64,000 nucleotides of DNA from Lingula anatina (taxonomy: Eukaryota > Animalia > Brachiopoda): assembly GCA_051362555.1 (NCBI GenBank), contig CM120642.1, positions 29,884,001 through 29,948,000 on the forward strand, given 5' to 3'. The translations under genes were made by a program, and so were the position numbers. Shown in pieces: positions 1-14,100 of this stretch. The notes beneath the pieces were generated by a model. It ran no database searches. It was not told where the DNA came from and saw only the letters and a list, made by a program, of their open reading frames with translations. How positions within the stretch are numbered: the first letter of the stretch is position 1; every line of letters begins with the position of its first letter.

Positions 1-3000
1 TTGAAACTTCATTAGCTGTGAGTATTTGATAGCCCGGGGCTTCATAGTGACGTTGTACAGTCCGTAAGTGACCTTGAGAGGGAGAGGCCTCGAGTGAGTG
101 ATTGGGTGAAATATACACTATATACTGTACATCTGCATGCACAGTGTATATACAATGTGCATTATAAATTACGCATCGAAAGCGCAGTGTAAGAGCTTTC
201 CGTACAATAAATTCACCCGGTCTAAGTAACAAACAATTTTCTTTTTCCCCTTGTGAGGCGTTCAAGTGATCAACAATCCAATATTTCTAGTAACTGTTCT
301 AATATTAGTACGCGTCTGAGGTTGCCCGGATTGACTAGAAAAGCAGATATTGTGTGTATGTCCACATTATCTGGTGGAAAAGAAAGACGTGGTAGAGTAT
401 CAGGTGCACGTTAAGTAATGGATTCTGTGAGGGGGTTAGAGTATTGGTCATGTTTATCGTCAGTTAATATGTCAATAACGTGTGATCCGTGTAAGAGATG
501 TTGAAATGAACTGTGATTACAGGGCTAGCACACGAAAGGCAGAAGTCAACGCAGTGTAGAATGTAACCTCTTAGACTATCGAGGGACACATTTAGTGAAG
601 AGATCACTGAACCGTACTTTCAGTGCGACTATTTGTACTAAAATAAACACGCAATCTTTCTTCAGAAGGAGTCACTAAGTTGACACCTCTGGAAATCTGT
701 TCCTTTTTTGATACTAGTCGTATAAATTGGAATTTCTACAGTAAAGAAAATATGCATTTTGTACCACAAAATCTACGCAAAATTTTCATTTGGTTTTAGA
801 TTATAATTACAAAACATCGTTTCGGAATAGAAGCCTTTTAGTTTAGTTTATTCCTGTAATAATAAACAAATGGCGCATATTCCCCTGTGTACTCTGAAGC
901 CGAGGGTCCTATTTCCTCTTACTGTGCCCTAGCTACGCATTGTAGTTCACGAGGGGTTGTGCTCTGTTTGCTTTATTATATACTGATTAACCGACAAGGT
1001 ATAAATTAAAGCCTTTTGGTTTTTATTCGTTACGTGATTGATAATATATTATTTAAAAATTAGAATATCTAAAATACAAAAAGATCAAAAACAGTCAAAA
1101 GTGCTAAAAATATTTTTCAAATGTGATGATAAATAATCACAGGAGGATAAGTTTGATGTATACCACTTGATGTAGAAAAATTATGTGACAAGCAATATTT
1201 GAACAATCATCATCAGCTGGTTACCATAGTGCATGAAAACTGACCAATCAGATGCCTAGAATTCTAACATAGGAATAATAAACGGTGACGATAATAGCGT
1301 AGTATACAGTGTAGATAACAGCAAAATGAATAAGAAATTAAAGCTTGAAGGAATATAAAAATGCAACGCTACAAAAATTCATTTTTACGTAATAGCTCAA
1401 AGAAAGCTTGGAGTCCATGAACATAAACTTTCGCTTGTCCATGTTAGAATGCCTGGAAGCATTTCCATTTTCGTACTATTCTGAGATGTTACATTCTTTG
1501 TTTTACGCTTGAATAATCAATCCTTGAAAAACACTCGAGCATTAAGTACGCCTGGAACCAATTCCAATTAGGCTTTGTTTGAGGTGTCATATTCTTTATT
1601 TTACGCCAAAATAATCACATTTTCCGAAACAATCCCATTTACTAATACGATTTTCCAAATACGCTCACAAAAAATAACAAAATTTTCTTTTACCTTAGAG
1701 TACTGAAATTGTGTTATTTGGCAGCATATCTCAGAATAGCATATCTTTTATCTCTCCTTAAGTCCAAAATAACTTGTCTAGATCTGGTTTTGTAGGTCTG
1801 ATAACTAAGATAATAGCGATGCATATCTGCCATAATATTTCCATGGCCTTCAGATAACTGCTATCAGCAACGGTAAATTTCGATCTATTAGTGATATACG
1901 GAGGTCAAAACAAATTGTAGCATAACTGCGCTAAAACCATCATAAAATATATCATTAAAAATAATAATAATAAATAAATGAACATTCAACGAGCAGGCGT
2001 TGGCTCCAACAGTTCTTGGAGTGAGCAGAGAACTAGGATTTTCTTTCAAGAAAAAAAAAACACGACCCATCGATGAACGAACTATGTACAATGCATCAAC
2101 GGGCACGTGTAATGCAATCTTCCTAAACCGGTTAAGGTGCAAAATACGTCACCAGGCGACCATATTTTAAATGAACCGGTGCCAGTAATTCAATTTGCTG
2201 GAACCTTCTTCTGTACCAAAGTCACGAGAAGTGGAATCACTTGGAAAGCAGGTTTGGGGTGATGGTATTGGCGGAGGGTTAGGGTCCCAAATGGCAAACG
2301 GGGTAACATAAAAGAATCAAAAAATATGCCAGTCAACGTAATTTTGCTGCATATACCTAGACCAGTACCATTATAGGCTTTACATCGGCCATGTTTGGCG
2401 TACTCGTGAAAAAACAAAATGTAGAAATATGCCATTGCCAATATGTTATGTTGTTTTGCTTTCTTTTTTCTCTCTTTTTTTTTAGCTATCCAGGGACTCA
2501 AGTGTTAAAAGCAATCTAAATATATCTTATTGCTAGGAAATCTTGCCCAAAAGCAAGTGGAGTTTGCACCCTAGTGGTTCGATAGTTGCAATGAAGCAAT
2601 GTCTCATTTCCAATAAAAACAGACTAATTTACAAGGCCTGGGCTCCAAATATTCGGTCTTTCACATATGGGTTTGGCTTTTCAGCATTTGTTAGCCTAAA
2701 GCAGCTTCTTGGTCGATCACTAATTTCGAAAAAAAAGTTCTAAGAAGCGTCTCTGCTGAGTCCTAAAAGCCTCTATAGGCTGTCTAGGAATCAGAACGAC
2801 CAAGTCGCACTAAATCAAATTAATACTAAAAATTGATTTTATAAATTATATTAGTGGCCTTCTTCGCCGTCGTGATTCTTTTAGAATCAAATCAAAGAAA
2901 AATAACAACTTTTTACTCAGGGCAATCATGGTAATTTTACGATTATATTGTTGGTTTGCTTCCAAATCCTGATGCGGCAAGGATGGACTGGCACAATAAA

Positions 3001-3492
3001 CAAACTAAGCAAGATGAACTTCGTGATGAGCTTCCGGAGACCTTTTCTTAAAGCGACGCCTACAAACCGGGAAAATTGCTCTTGTGTCACTTCACAGTAC
3101 ATTACTTGGCTAATGTTGACAATTCGCTGCATAACAACATATTATGCCAGTTTCAAATGGGCCATTTGTTTGGGCCAAAAATAAAAGCCCTGATTTTCAG
3201 TCTTACGTGTACATGCATGAAGTTATACAGAACTTATGCAACCATTTAAAAAAGACAGTAGAAGGCATGCGCTGGTAAGTATAAAAAGCGGGATCACCGC
3301 TGTAAATTATAAACAAAATTGGCCTGTTTTAGGTAACGAAAAAATGTGTACGGCACCAGCTATGGTGTTAAGCATCTGATGGTCCACGTAACAGTGTTTG
3401 CCCCCCTCCCCTCCTCTCCCATTAGATTCTTACAGGTTAGGGTTAGCATGATGTAATGATGTAAAAGGATAAGGATCCTTGGCAGGGCTTAC

Positions 3493-3542
3493 CTGTAAAA
3501 ATCGATGGGAAGCGGGGCTTGTATCTCGAGGGACTCGTACAT
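3493..3542 (-). CDS. Candidate first coding exon of an unidentified gene continuing leftwards (MYESLEIQAPLPIDFY...)
   Basis: ATG at 3542 (gtcATG), 16 open codons plus AG, then a strong donor CAG|gtaag at 3493/3492. A perfect CRE (TGACGTCA, 3735-3742) lies upstream on this strand. No downstream exon was identified in the window. Confidence 0.3.
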
Positions 3543-5177
3543 GACACTGACTTCAGACAACGGAGACGAGAATATGTGCAGTCAATGCCGTACCTAAAGA
3601 TAAAAGGAGACAATCCGCTGAACCCCACAAACATTGACTGGCTTCCTATAGTATTATTTTTTTTTTCTTTTGTCCTCTCTGGAGCTCCGAGCTCGTAAAA
3701 TCTTCAAGTCAAAAAGACACATAAGTTATCGACGTGACGTCAAATTGCATATCATCTTTATAATAAAGATTTTTTACCACATAAATCGGCGAGTTTTAAT
3801 TAGTCAACTGAGAGCAGTTTGACGCAGAGTGTCATCCTACAAAGTAAATATCAGTCTTTTCATCTGAGACCAGTCTTTTCAACATCAATTATTTACTGAA
3901 CAAGTGAATGGCAATTGAAAAAGTTCTTAAACAACGTAACGTGCCATCTCGTGCCAGCATGCAGCACGCTCTAATACGGATGACAAACACAATCCCCTTT
4001 GTCTAAAATCCCAATGGTGTATCACTGGCGGGGAAAAAATGAAATTATTTTGAAAGCGCTCTCATTTATTATTGCTTTGGCCAGGTTCACCGGATCTTAT
4101 TTTATATTTTCAAATACCGTGCACAGTCGATCTTTCAAATATTTTTTTAATTTTGGATTGTCCAGCCAAAAATCTCGCCACGTATTTCTCCATTTCTATT
4201 CAACCTCTTTCTACCCAGTACCTTATATACCTAAGCAAAGGCTTTAGACATTTTAGTCATCATTCAACCAGTGTCTCGAGTCTAGACTATGAAATAGTAA
4301 ATTAATCGGTGTGCTTTGGTCCTATTCCCCTGTCTTGGTTAATTAAATAATGCTGTAAAACACGCATACATCATTTGTCTTCGCATTAGCCCTGCCATAT
4401 TCCAGACGCCCTGCATCTCCAGTTTATGTCTTCGAGATTTTTCTCGAGACATGACAAAACGCAGTACGAAGAATTCTCTCTAAACGTCGTTACTGTTACG
4501 TATATATCAATTGATATCAAAAATGATCAGTTGTGTCAATCACTATTTATCATTTCTAAAATTGTTTTGGCAGCACCATCAGTTTAAATAACAAACAACA
4601 TATCTGTACATGTGAAAACACACGTTCAATAATCGTATTTATTGAATAAAATGGAAGAACTTATCTAACAAATATTCTATAAAAAGTTTTAAATGTGTTT
4701 TTTTTTTTCAATTTTTCTTTCAGTTTAACTCTCTTAAAATCTAGCTATTCCGTCAAAAAATTATTAACTGCTCCGCAACATCACAATAAAGGAGGCGTCG
4801 TGATCATCAGCCAAGAGGGACTCATATCTCTGAAAAATACAAATTTTTAGTCTTCTTTTTCACTTTGCTATTCGTGGAATAGCAGATGGTTAGGGGATTA
4901 AAAGAATAGAATAAATAACTGTCACCTTATGCCAATTACTCAAACACCCAGCGGCTACTCTCTGAACGCAGGGTTTGATAGTAGTCTATTACAAAACTAT
5001 TGTATCTTTAATTTTGTATACTATTTTAGAAGTACCAGGCATCAGAGGGTACCCATCGGCCGTATCAACACATCGTGAGTAAGGAAATTTAACGATTTTT
5101 TTTTCAACAAGTCATCCCTTGATCGCATCAATCTTGGGACACATACAACAGATAGCAGTTCTAACAGGTTAACTGGC

Positions 5178-8100
5178 TTATGGACATTGACCTCCACTGG
5201 CCTCCGAGAAACCCAAGTGCATTCTCAAAGTTCTGCCAAGTTCTAGAAGTCGCTCCATCTCGGCCTTGAATTTCCTTTCTTCTCTGGATACAATCAGTTC
5301 ACGGATTTCCTGGAAAAAAACACCCGCACAGTAGATTGAGCTGTTTAAAAAACGGATTTACTAAATAACAGCTCTGTTTTTAATTCGTTTTTTCTCTAAG
5401 GCACCAGCTTCGACCGACTACAAAATGCACACTGCAATCAAATTACCAGTAATTAAATATCCTGGGAAAAGCAAACTGGAACTGCCTGTCTTATACAAAA
5501 TTTAAGCTGATATACTGTTTACACGTAATGAATGCTATCAAATTAGACGATTATCCTTGAAGCTTCAAACTAATACAAAACAATCCAAGTGTCAATTATG
5601 GTTTTTGTTAATTGCCTAATTGGCAAAGATGTGTAGTCTCTTTGGAGCATACAGACCATACAAAGAAGAAGGCCACCCCACCCCCCCTCCAGAGAATTTC
5701 TCTTAAAAAATCAAAGGCAAGGCACACTTAGCCCCACAGATGTATATTTTGTGTACTCATTATCGCTTGGTGGAGGATCTAAATAAATAGGGTTTTGTAT
5801 GCGTAATTTTTTTCCTCATCCAAATAGATAATGTGGATATAAACATTGTCAAAGTGATTATGGGAAGATGATGTTGCATCACAAAGACACTGGGCGAATT
5901 AGCCAATTCCAAGCTGATGACATAACAGCAGCAGAAGATTGCTTTCAAACAGATATTCCTCACCCACACAGCTATCAACAACATTATAACACCTATTAAA
6001 TCACAACATGACTGCTAGAATCTGGTGCCAGCTAATTTTCTTGAAAGGCTTACATCTGATTTTATCAGGGAAGTGGTGAAACCCTTTGCATAATGGATAA
6101 GCTTAATTAAGGGCTCATATCTCCTAAACAGAAAGAGTCCAAACCACAGGCTGGCACTGGATTGTAGTTTAGACTGAAATCACCACCCACAATAGTAACT
6201 TACTTAGTTTTAGAGTTGCATCAGAAGCTGATCATTACATATATCACACAAATTTAAAGGCAGCAAAATGGACAATAAACACTTGGCCACCCTATGCACA
6301 GAAGCAGGGAGTTTGTGCTCTAAAAGTTTATATTTCTAATGCAGTTATATTAAGATAAGTATTTCACATAAAAGAAACTGAGAGCGTGGGGGGGGGGGGG
6401 GGAGGGAGGAGCTAGTTTAATATAAGGTATTAAACTCCCTTGCGGCAGCTCTCCCTTTCTTAATATCCTTGGCATACCTGTGTGTATAAAGACTTGGTTT
6501 TCCCTTCTACCCTCAAGAAACACCTCTCGTCTGAGGTCAGAAAGATATCCCCAGCTTTGGACAGACTCAACTCTGGAAATAGGACAACAAAACAAAGATA
6601 AGAACCAATTGCTAATAGAGATTAAAACTGCATGGTTACATATGTATCACTTTCATCTTGATTTAAGTCAAACATAAGGAGAAAGATAAAATGTAAAGAG
6701 GGGAAACCAAAATCCAACTGTGAAAAAAACAAAACAAACTTGCACCTGGTAAATGACCAGTGTAGTAGTATCAGGCCAGTAATCTCAAAGAGGAGTTCTG
6801 AAAATGTGGACACTTTCACTCACTTAGCCGACCCAACTTCAAAAATGGAATAGAATCCACATCAAATTTTGATTCAGAGCCAACCATTTTGGCAGTTAAA
6901 AAGACGGTCCTTCCAACCCAGCCCTGAAACCCCACCTAGCACTGTGCCTGAATACCTTTTAGGAGAAGACTGACAGCAGTAATTAAGTAAAAGGCCAAGA
7001 ATCATACGAAGTGGGAACAACTGATCTGAGTCACATCCTAAATGTCACTAAAATACAAGACAATATTTTCCATGCTTGTGATGTTAAGATATCCTACATC
7101 TTGAAGGATTTCCCTGCTGACTGTTGTAGTACATATGGCACCATGAAAAGGGTAGAAAATTAATATAAAACAAACAAGCTTCAACCACTTCTCCCAAGTG
7201 GTTTCTCTAAGTACTTTAGCATACACATTCCATGACAATGAGCATGGATCATTGCTTAAATAATTTTTTTGAAGTATGAACATATCTGATATACAAAAGT
7301 CTGCAATCTGTTTTACTTTATGAAAAATATTACAGGGTTATTTAACTGGTTACAGCAACTTCTGTTTTCATCATCAGTATCAATCACTTATTCAACCAAA
7401 TCACCAGGACTTCATCAAAGACCCAGCCTTGAATGTGTCCACCCACCTATGACACAGAAGTCTTTCACTGGTTTCCGTGTCTGTGGGTTATCATGACCGT
7501 CTGGATGAACTACGGGCGAATACAGCACCTCAAACATGGCGTGGCTCACTACGGGCGTGAACCTCTTCATGATGTCATCCAGACCGACGCGCAGACGGTC
7601 TCTCTCATCGCGGGATATCCTGATTCCCTGCACCAGGCTGTTTGTGTCGATGCCAAAGTAAATATGGCCCCCTTTTCCTGGAAGTAATCAAGTTATTTTC
7701 TATATATGTAACCTGTAACACAAGTGGGACTTTACCAAACCTGCTGTGGTGATGTCGCCAGCCAGTGTTTTAGCTAGTGATTGTATCCATAGCTTAACGG
7801 TGGCTTCATCAACAACTGGAACATTGAAACCATGATAATAAACTAACTTGGGAATTTGATGACATAATGCAGTTTTGATCATGTGAATTGCTGATGACAG
7901 AACAAATTTTTATTAACTTCACTTCATTGATGATAGCCTATAGAGCTTCAGCTTCTTTTTTTCTTATCTTTTCTATTTTTTTTTTTTTTTTTTTTTTTTT
8001 TTGAGATTGCTGAATGGAAGTACAGAAAGAAATACATCTAGCTTAACTCTCATCTTATAATTATGTTTGATGTCCACCTAAGAATTATTAATAGCCATGT

Positions 8101-11100
8101 TCCTGACAGTCTCAGAGTTTTCACGTGCTTGAACAAATAGCTCTTAGTTTCTGATGTACATTAAGATAATACAATGTGGTATTGCATCTTATAAGGTATT
8201 CTTTGGCCAGTCAAAATTGATCAGTTGGTTAGCAAGTGGCCACTTTTTGTTTTTTAACATGTGATGCAAAAGGTAAAAAAATAATAAGGTTTCCTCAAAG
8301 TGCGAGTCCCTCTTCTTAACCAATGTTTCAGTTTTGTCTGACCTTAGCCTGTGAGAGCTACTTTCTGCGTTGTCACTTGAGTTTAAATGTGCCACAATCA
8401 GTCTTTCACTGATATGTCATATGTTTTGTATCAATTTTTCATTTCTTACCTTGATTCATAAAACCACAGATTAGTTTCTCAACAGTTTTAAACATCACTT
8501 TTTTCACGTCTCTAGTACTCCTCAACTCATGAAGATCATCTTGCTTGAAGGAGACTTTCTGATCTGGAAAATGAGTTTATAGTATTAGCAAAGATCTACA
8601 TATTAAAGACCAACAGCAAAACTGATTACCAGATATCCTAATAACTTTGCCAGGACCACTTCACTTTGTTAGTTTTAAAAGTTCAAATATGAAATAGCTA
8701 CAGATATATAACTTTATATCTCTTCACAATTCAAGTCACTGTCTCAAGAGATAAATATAATATTTATTTTTTTGGTTATCTATTACTAGAAGGTTCTTAC
8801 CAATAATATTAATATATAGTGATTTCCTCAAAATTTAAAAAACAGAAAAATAAATGTTTTCTGAATATCCATCAAATAATGTATAAAATGCTCCTTACCT
8901 AATATATAATAGTTCTTTTCACTGAGCTCATACAAGGTAGCAGTATTCACTGGTTTGCTAGGGTCTGAAACAAACAAAAGCAACCTATTCGAGAAGAATA
9001 TATTTTTCTTACAGGTTTGTTTGAAATAAATATTTGTAAACAACATTTTTTACAGAATTTAATTCATGAACAGCACAAAAATTTCCCATACCTTTCTTCC
9101 ATATTCGTCAACAAAGCAGCAACCTTAAAACAACATTAGCCCTGAGAGCTTGTCTACAAGTCTACAAAAAATTGCATTTCCAGTTAAAATTTCTCAAAAT
9201 TTACCCAAAGTGGATTCAGGGACTCAGATCTGAACATGTTGATAAAAGCTACTTATTCTAATTTACAACGTACCTGGCAATGCAATGACTGGCAGTCCTC
9301 CAGCCTCTTCTCCTGAGGAATAGGTCCTGGCTGCAGAGTCATATATCTCATCATCACTGGAACTCTCCTGGAATTAGATATAGTAAATTATGGTACAGTA
9401 AGAGAAAATCATATGAAGTTACGGCATGGCATGGCATGGCATGGCATGATAAAGAATGGCAAAGAACTACATGGTATGGAATGCTACAGCAAGTCATAGC
9501 AAGTCATGACATGGTATGGCAAGTCATGGCTGTACGACATGACATAGCAAGTCATGACATGGTATGGCAAGACTTGACACAGTATGGTAAGTCATGGCAT
9601 GGCATACTACAGCATGGCATAATATGTCATATTATGATGGCATCGTACAGTATGGTACAGTAGAGAAAAGTACAGATTGTGATCTTGCCAGTTAAGTTAG
9701 GTTATACTCTAGGCTCACCTTGGAAAGATTTCTGCCAGCTAAAAAATGGTTCAAATCATTTTTGTTCCATTCCCATTTTTCTTTCAACATGGCCCTAAAT
9801 ACCCAAAATAGTAGTACATTGTACAATGTACCTGTAACAGCCTATCTCTGGATAGGGATCCCAGAGCTGGCTTTCTCTCAAGATCACTGTCACTTCCCCT
9901 CCCTCTCCTGATTGGTCTATCTCTGCTACAACTCCGCCCACTCCTGCTACTGCTGCGCCCTCTTTCTTCCCCAAGTGATGACGGAGATGCAAGGCAAATG
10001 TCAAGTAGGGCTGTTTGATCTTTTTCATCAGTATTCCTTTTTATTCTGTTAAATAAGAAATTTTAATTATTAAGCAATATATATAGAAATTCAAACTGTA
10101 TTAAGGTGGGGTTTCCCCAAAAGACAACAAAAACAAAAAGCAAACAACTTAAAAAAATGCAATATCCAATAGATTCTCTTTCTATGGGACACTTTGAATC
10201 AATTTAAGTATCTTACAGGAACATGACCCAAAGTTCATCACACCATTAACAAGGCAGCAAAGCTGTCAAATGTACAGACAAAAAACAGAAAAAAAAAGAT
10301 GCAAAATAGGTCATTATGTCAATTTTGATGCAATAATAAATGCTTATAAACGCACAGTCAGTCAACACTGATTTTTAATCATGCACAACAGGTAACATGG
10401 TCAATAACAGGAGCAGATTCAGAGATATTTTCTGACAGTATTCCAAAGTATCTTTGTTGATCCATCCTCCATTTTGATAGTCTTCCAACAGAAACCCGTT
10501 AATATAAACTGTAAAATCTGACTGTCTTCCAGGAGACCCAGAAGATGGTCTTAATCCACCCTTTCAATAAGATTACAATGTTAGGACCATGAGAGTTAAA
10601 ATTCACATGATGAAAGTCCCTATATATGAAAAATGATGACAGTGCATAAAATAATATTACATCGTGTTTAAAGACATAAATACCAATACAGCTGCTTATG
10701 TGGAAATACTGAAAATGTGCACAGCCTCAGGTGGATGGGAGTTAAAAATCAGATCTTAAAAATGCCAGTGTTGGAGAAAAAATTAAATAGAAACAACAAA
10801 AATATAATTCTAATGAAGCTGTTATTCACTCCTTCCTTATTATGGACACTATGTTATCTAGCAGAGAGCTTAACAGGGAAATATCAACAAGTGTGCTTTA
10901 TGAAATTTCAATTAATGGCTACTTAATTAGGTAAATGAGTTTATAGCACTGAAATTAGCCTTGTGAATACCCAAGGGGAATTAACAGACTGACCACACAA
11001 ATTTGTCTATCAAAGGTCTTCAGGCCCATAAGTCACAACTTAAGAAAAGCAGAAAACAATAATGCACAAAAACAGGAGACTGCCCAATTCTGATGCAATA

Positions 11101-14100
11101 ATACATTATGTTTAACTGCACAGTCAACATAAAATTTTAATTATGCACAACAGGTAACGCTAATGAAAGTAAAAGCATAAGGCTCCAGGCCCATCAGAGT
11201 TCAAGTTTTCAATTAGAAAGTGCCAGAATGAGAAAAATGAAAATTTCACAAAAAATGCATAAATTTAATAAAAATGATGACCCAATTGACCTGGCTTTCT
11301 AATTTGAACTGCATGCCAATCCTAAAAATCGTACTTATAAGTTAAATATAATAATAAGTAACACAGTTTTCTTTTCATAATGTTTGCAGTAGCAGTGCAA
11401 AAAGATTATTGTCAATTTTGATGTAACATTACATAATAAATTATAGAATAATTATCACCAATTTTTGATTATTGACTATAAATAGCATGGACATGTAGAA
11501 AATTTGATTACCATTAGGCTTCATGTCCATGGGAGCTCTGAGTCCCACAATGAATATGCCAAAAAGATAATGAATATTTCACTAAGTGTATAACTTCCAG
11601 AAAAAGAAGCCAATTAGACTGCTTTTCCAACTCGGGCTGCATTTTAGTCCTGTGTTTCTTTTTTGAAAGTTTGACAGTAATAAGTAACACCGTTTTCCCA
11701 TAATGGTCATCATGGCAGCAGCACCAAATATTGTGTTTTCTTCTATTTTGATGCAACATTACATAATGCTTAACAGCATAATGACCATCAATTTTAAATG
11801 ATAAAATATACGTGTCATGGATTTTCAGAAAATGTGACTAGCAAGGGTCTTCAAGCCCGTGGAGGTTCTAAGTCGCACCTTGAAAATGTCAATAAGTGAA
11901 AAATTAAATTTTCACAAAAAACTGTTAAATTGCCAGAAAAATTTACCAAACAGACTGCATTGCCTACTGAGGCTGTATGTTAGACCCATGTTTCTTTCTT
12001 GTAAGTTTGAGAACAGCAAGTGACATGTTTTCCCTTAAATGGTCATCATAGGAGCAGTGCCCTAAATAGGGGTTTCTTCAAATTTTAATGCAACGTTACA
12101 TAGTGTTTAACAGCATAATAACCATCAAATGTTATTAATAAAATATTAGTAACATGGACATTCAGAAAACATGACAAGCAAAGGTCTTCAGGCCCATGGA
12201 ACTTCAAAGTCACATCTTGAAAATGCCAAAATGTAAACAAGACAGCACTGTCCTGAAATGGGTTTATTTCCATTTTTAACACTTTTTTAACATAAAACAA
12301 AATAAACATTTTACTGCCATTTTTATATGACCAACTAAGAAAATTGATGAGATGGGAAAAGTATCAATAGAACAGTGTTAAATGTCCAATTTCCTCCATT
12401 CTGAGATTCTGAACATAGTGGATGATTGAATCTGACAAACTGCAATGATATGAGTTTATTTCCATTTTTGACACTTTATTACACAATACATGATAACAAG
12501 TTTACCATGTTTTTTTACATAATCAACTAACAATGTTGTAAAGATGCAGGAAATATCAAACAAACACTTTTACACATCTAATTAGTTCAATAATGAGACT
12601 GTTAACATGCCTAATAATTGAATCTGAGGAAATGTGAAAAAACAGTATAACTTCTAAAATAATGGCCCGATTATGCTGATTTTCGAACTCAACCTGCATT
12701 TTAGTAAGATTGACCACTCCTGTGAATATAATGCCAATTGGCCAACCCGTTTTTCTTATATTGTGTTATCAGTGTTGCATTTATATTGAAAAGTGAAAAA
12801 ACAGCATAAATTCCCTAAAAATGGCCCAATCATGCTGATTTTCGAACTTGACCTGCGTATTAAGAATTTTCATCAGTTCTGTAAGTTTCAAGCCAAAAGG
12901 TAAAATGGTTTTCCACTTACTGTGTTATCGGTGCTGCATATATGCTGAAAAAGTGAAAAAACAGCATAAATTCCCTAAAAATGGCCCAATCATGCCGATT
13001 TTCGAACTTGACCTGCATATTATGAATATTCATCAGTTCTGTAAGTTTCAAGTCAAAAGGTACAATGGTTTTCCACTTATCGTGTTATCGGTGCTGCATA
13101 TATGTTGAAAAAAGTGAAAAAACAGCATAAATTCCCTAAGAGTGACCCGATCATGCTGATTTTCGAACTTGACCTGCGTATTATGAATATTCATCAGTTC
13201 TGCAAGTTTCAAATCAAAAGGCAAAATGGTTTTCCACTTATCGTGTTATCGGTAAAAGTGCATGGCGACGGCGACGACGGCGACGACAGACGCAGATGAT
13301 GGCTATATGTACAGACACATCTGTGTCTGTACATAAAAAGGTAAAAAAACTTAACTTAATTTAAGAAAACCTAACAAGCCAAAATGCATATTTCTATATA
13401 TTACAGCGACACAATAAAACTAATGGTTGTATAATGATTAAGTCAAAAATATATATTTAATATATTTCCATTAAAAAAGCACTAGAGATAGGAAAGCAAG
13501 TCCACTGTACCTTTCCCTGGCTCTTCCCACTCTTCTGTCCCCACTTTCCTGCCTTAGGTTGGCACTGCCTGTAAAGGTTCGAAGGACCTGCATCAGCTTT
13601 GTCTTAACACTCCCGTCATCTAGAGAAGACTCCAACTGCAGCAGTGCTTGGATACCTATAAATATATATATAAGCAATGTTCATTAGTTTGGTAGTTGGA
13701 TCATACAGATTTATTATTGGCAGAAGCCGAATTTTTTTTATCACACTGAGTTGGCTGTAAGATAACAGTAACAAAAAAAATTCAGCTTTTGCCAAATAAT
13801 TATTGCTTATATATCACACGCAGACACTTGTATGTACATATTTCAATTTTTTGCATTGGAGGTCACAAAACAGATGGCTAAGATGCATTAAGAAATCCGT
13901 GCATGAAGCTCAACATATAAATACCGAGTATATATAAAAATAGTATGATCTTTATCAGAATCAGAATTTTTATCAGACCAGAATCTGTTCAACAGTTGAA
14001 TTTTATACATTCATGCAATACACATGTTAACATATGTCTTTAATTTATGGGTAAAAAGATGGAGATAGGTTACCCTTCAAGTAAGCAAACATCTTCTTGT

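Noticed and set aside
1-1000. Possible LTR or other repeat fragment (higher GC/CpG, AATAAA near 861)
   Set aside because: No second LTR, PBS, PPT, TSD or coding remnant is visible in the window.
1888-3184. Several 66-103-aa ORFs
   Set aside because: No recognisable motifs, low-complexity A/T-run translations, and no consistent splice chain.
9795-10028. 77-aa ORF overlapping exon 9 in another frame
   Set aside because: Splice phases of the flanking exons select the RG/RS frame; this frame is a by-product of purine-rich sequence.
12848-13299. Repeated peptides KKQHKFPK...IFELDL
   Set aside because: Translations of the 160-bp tandem repeat in the HINE, not a gene.
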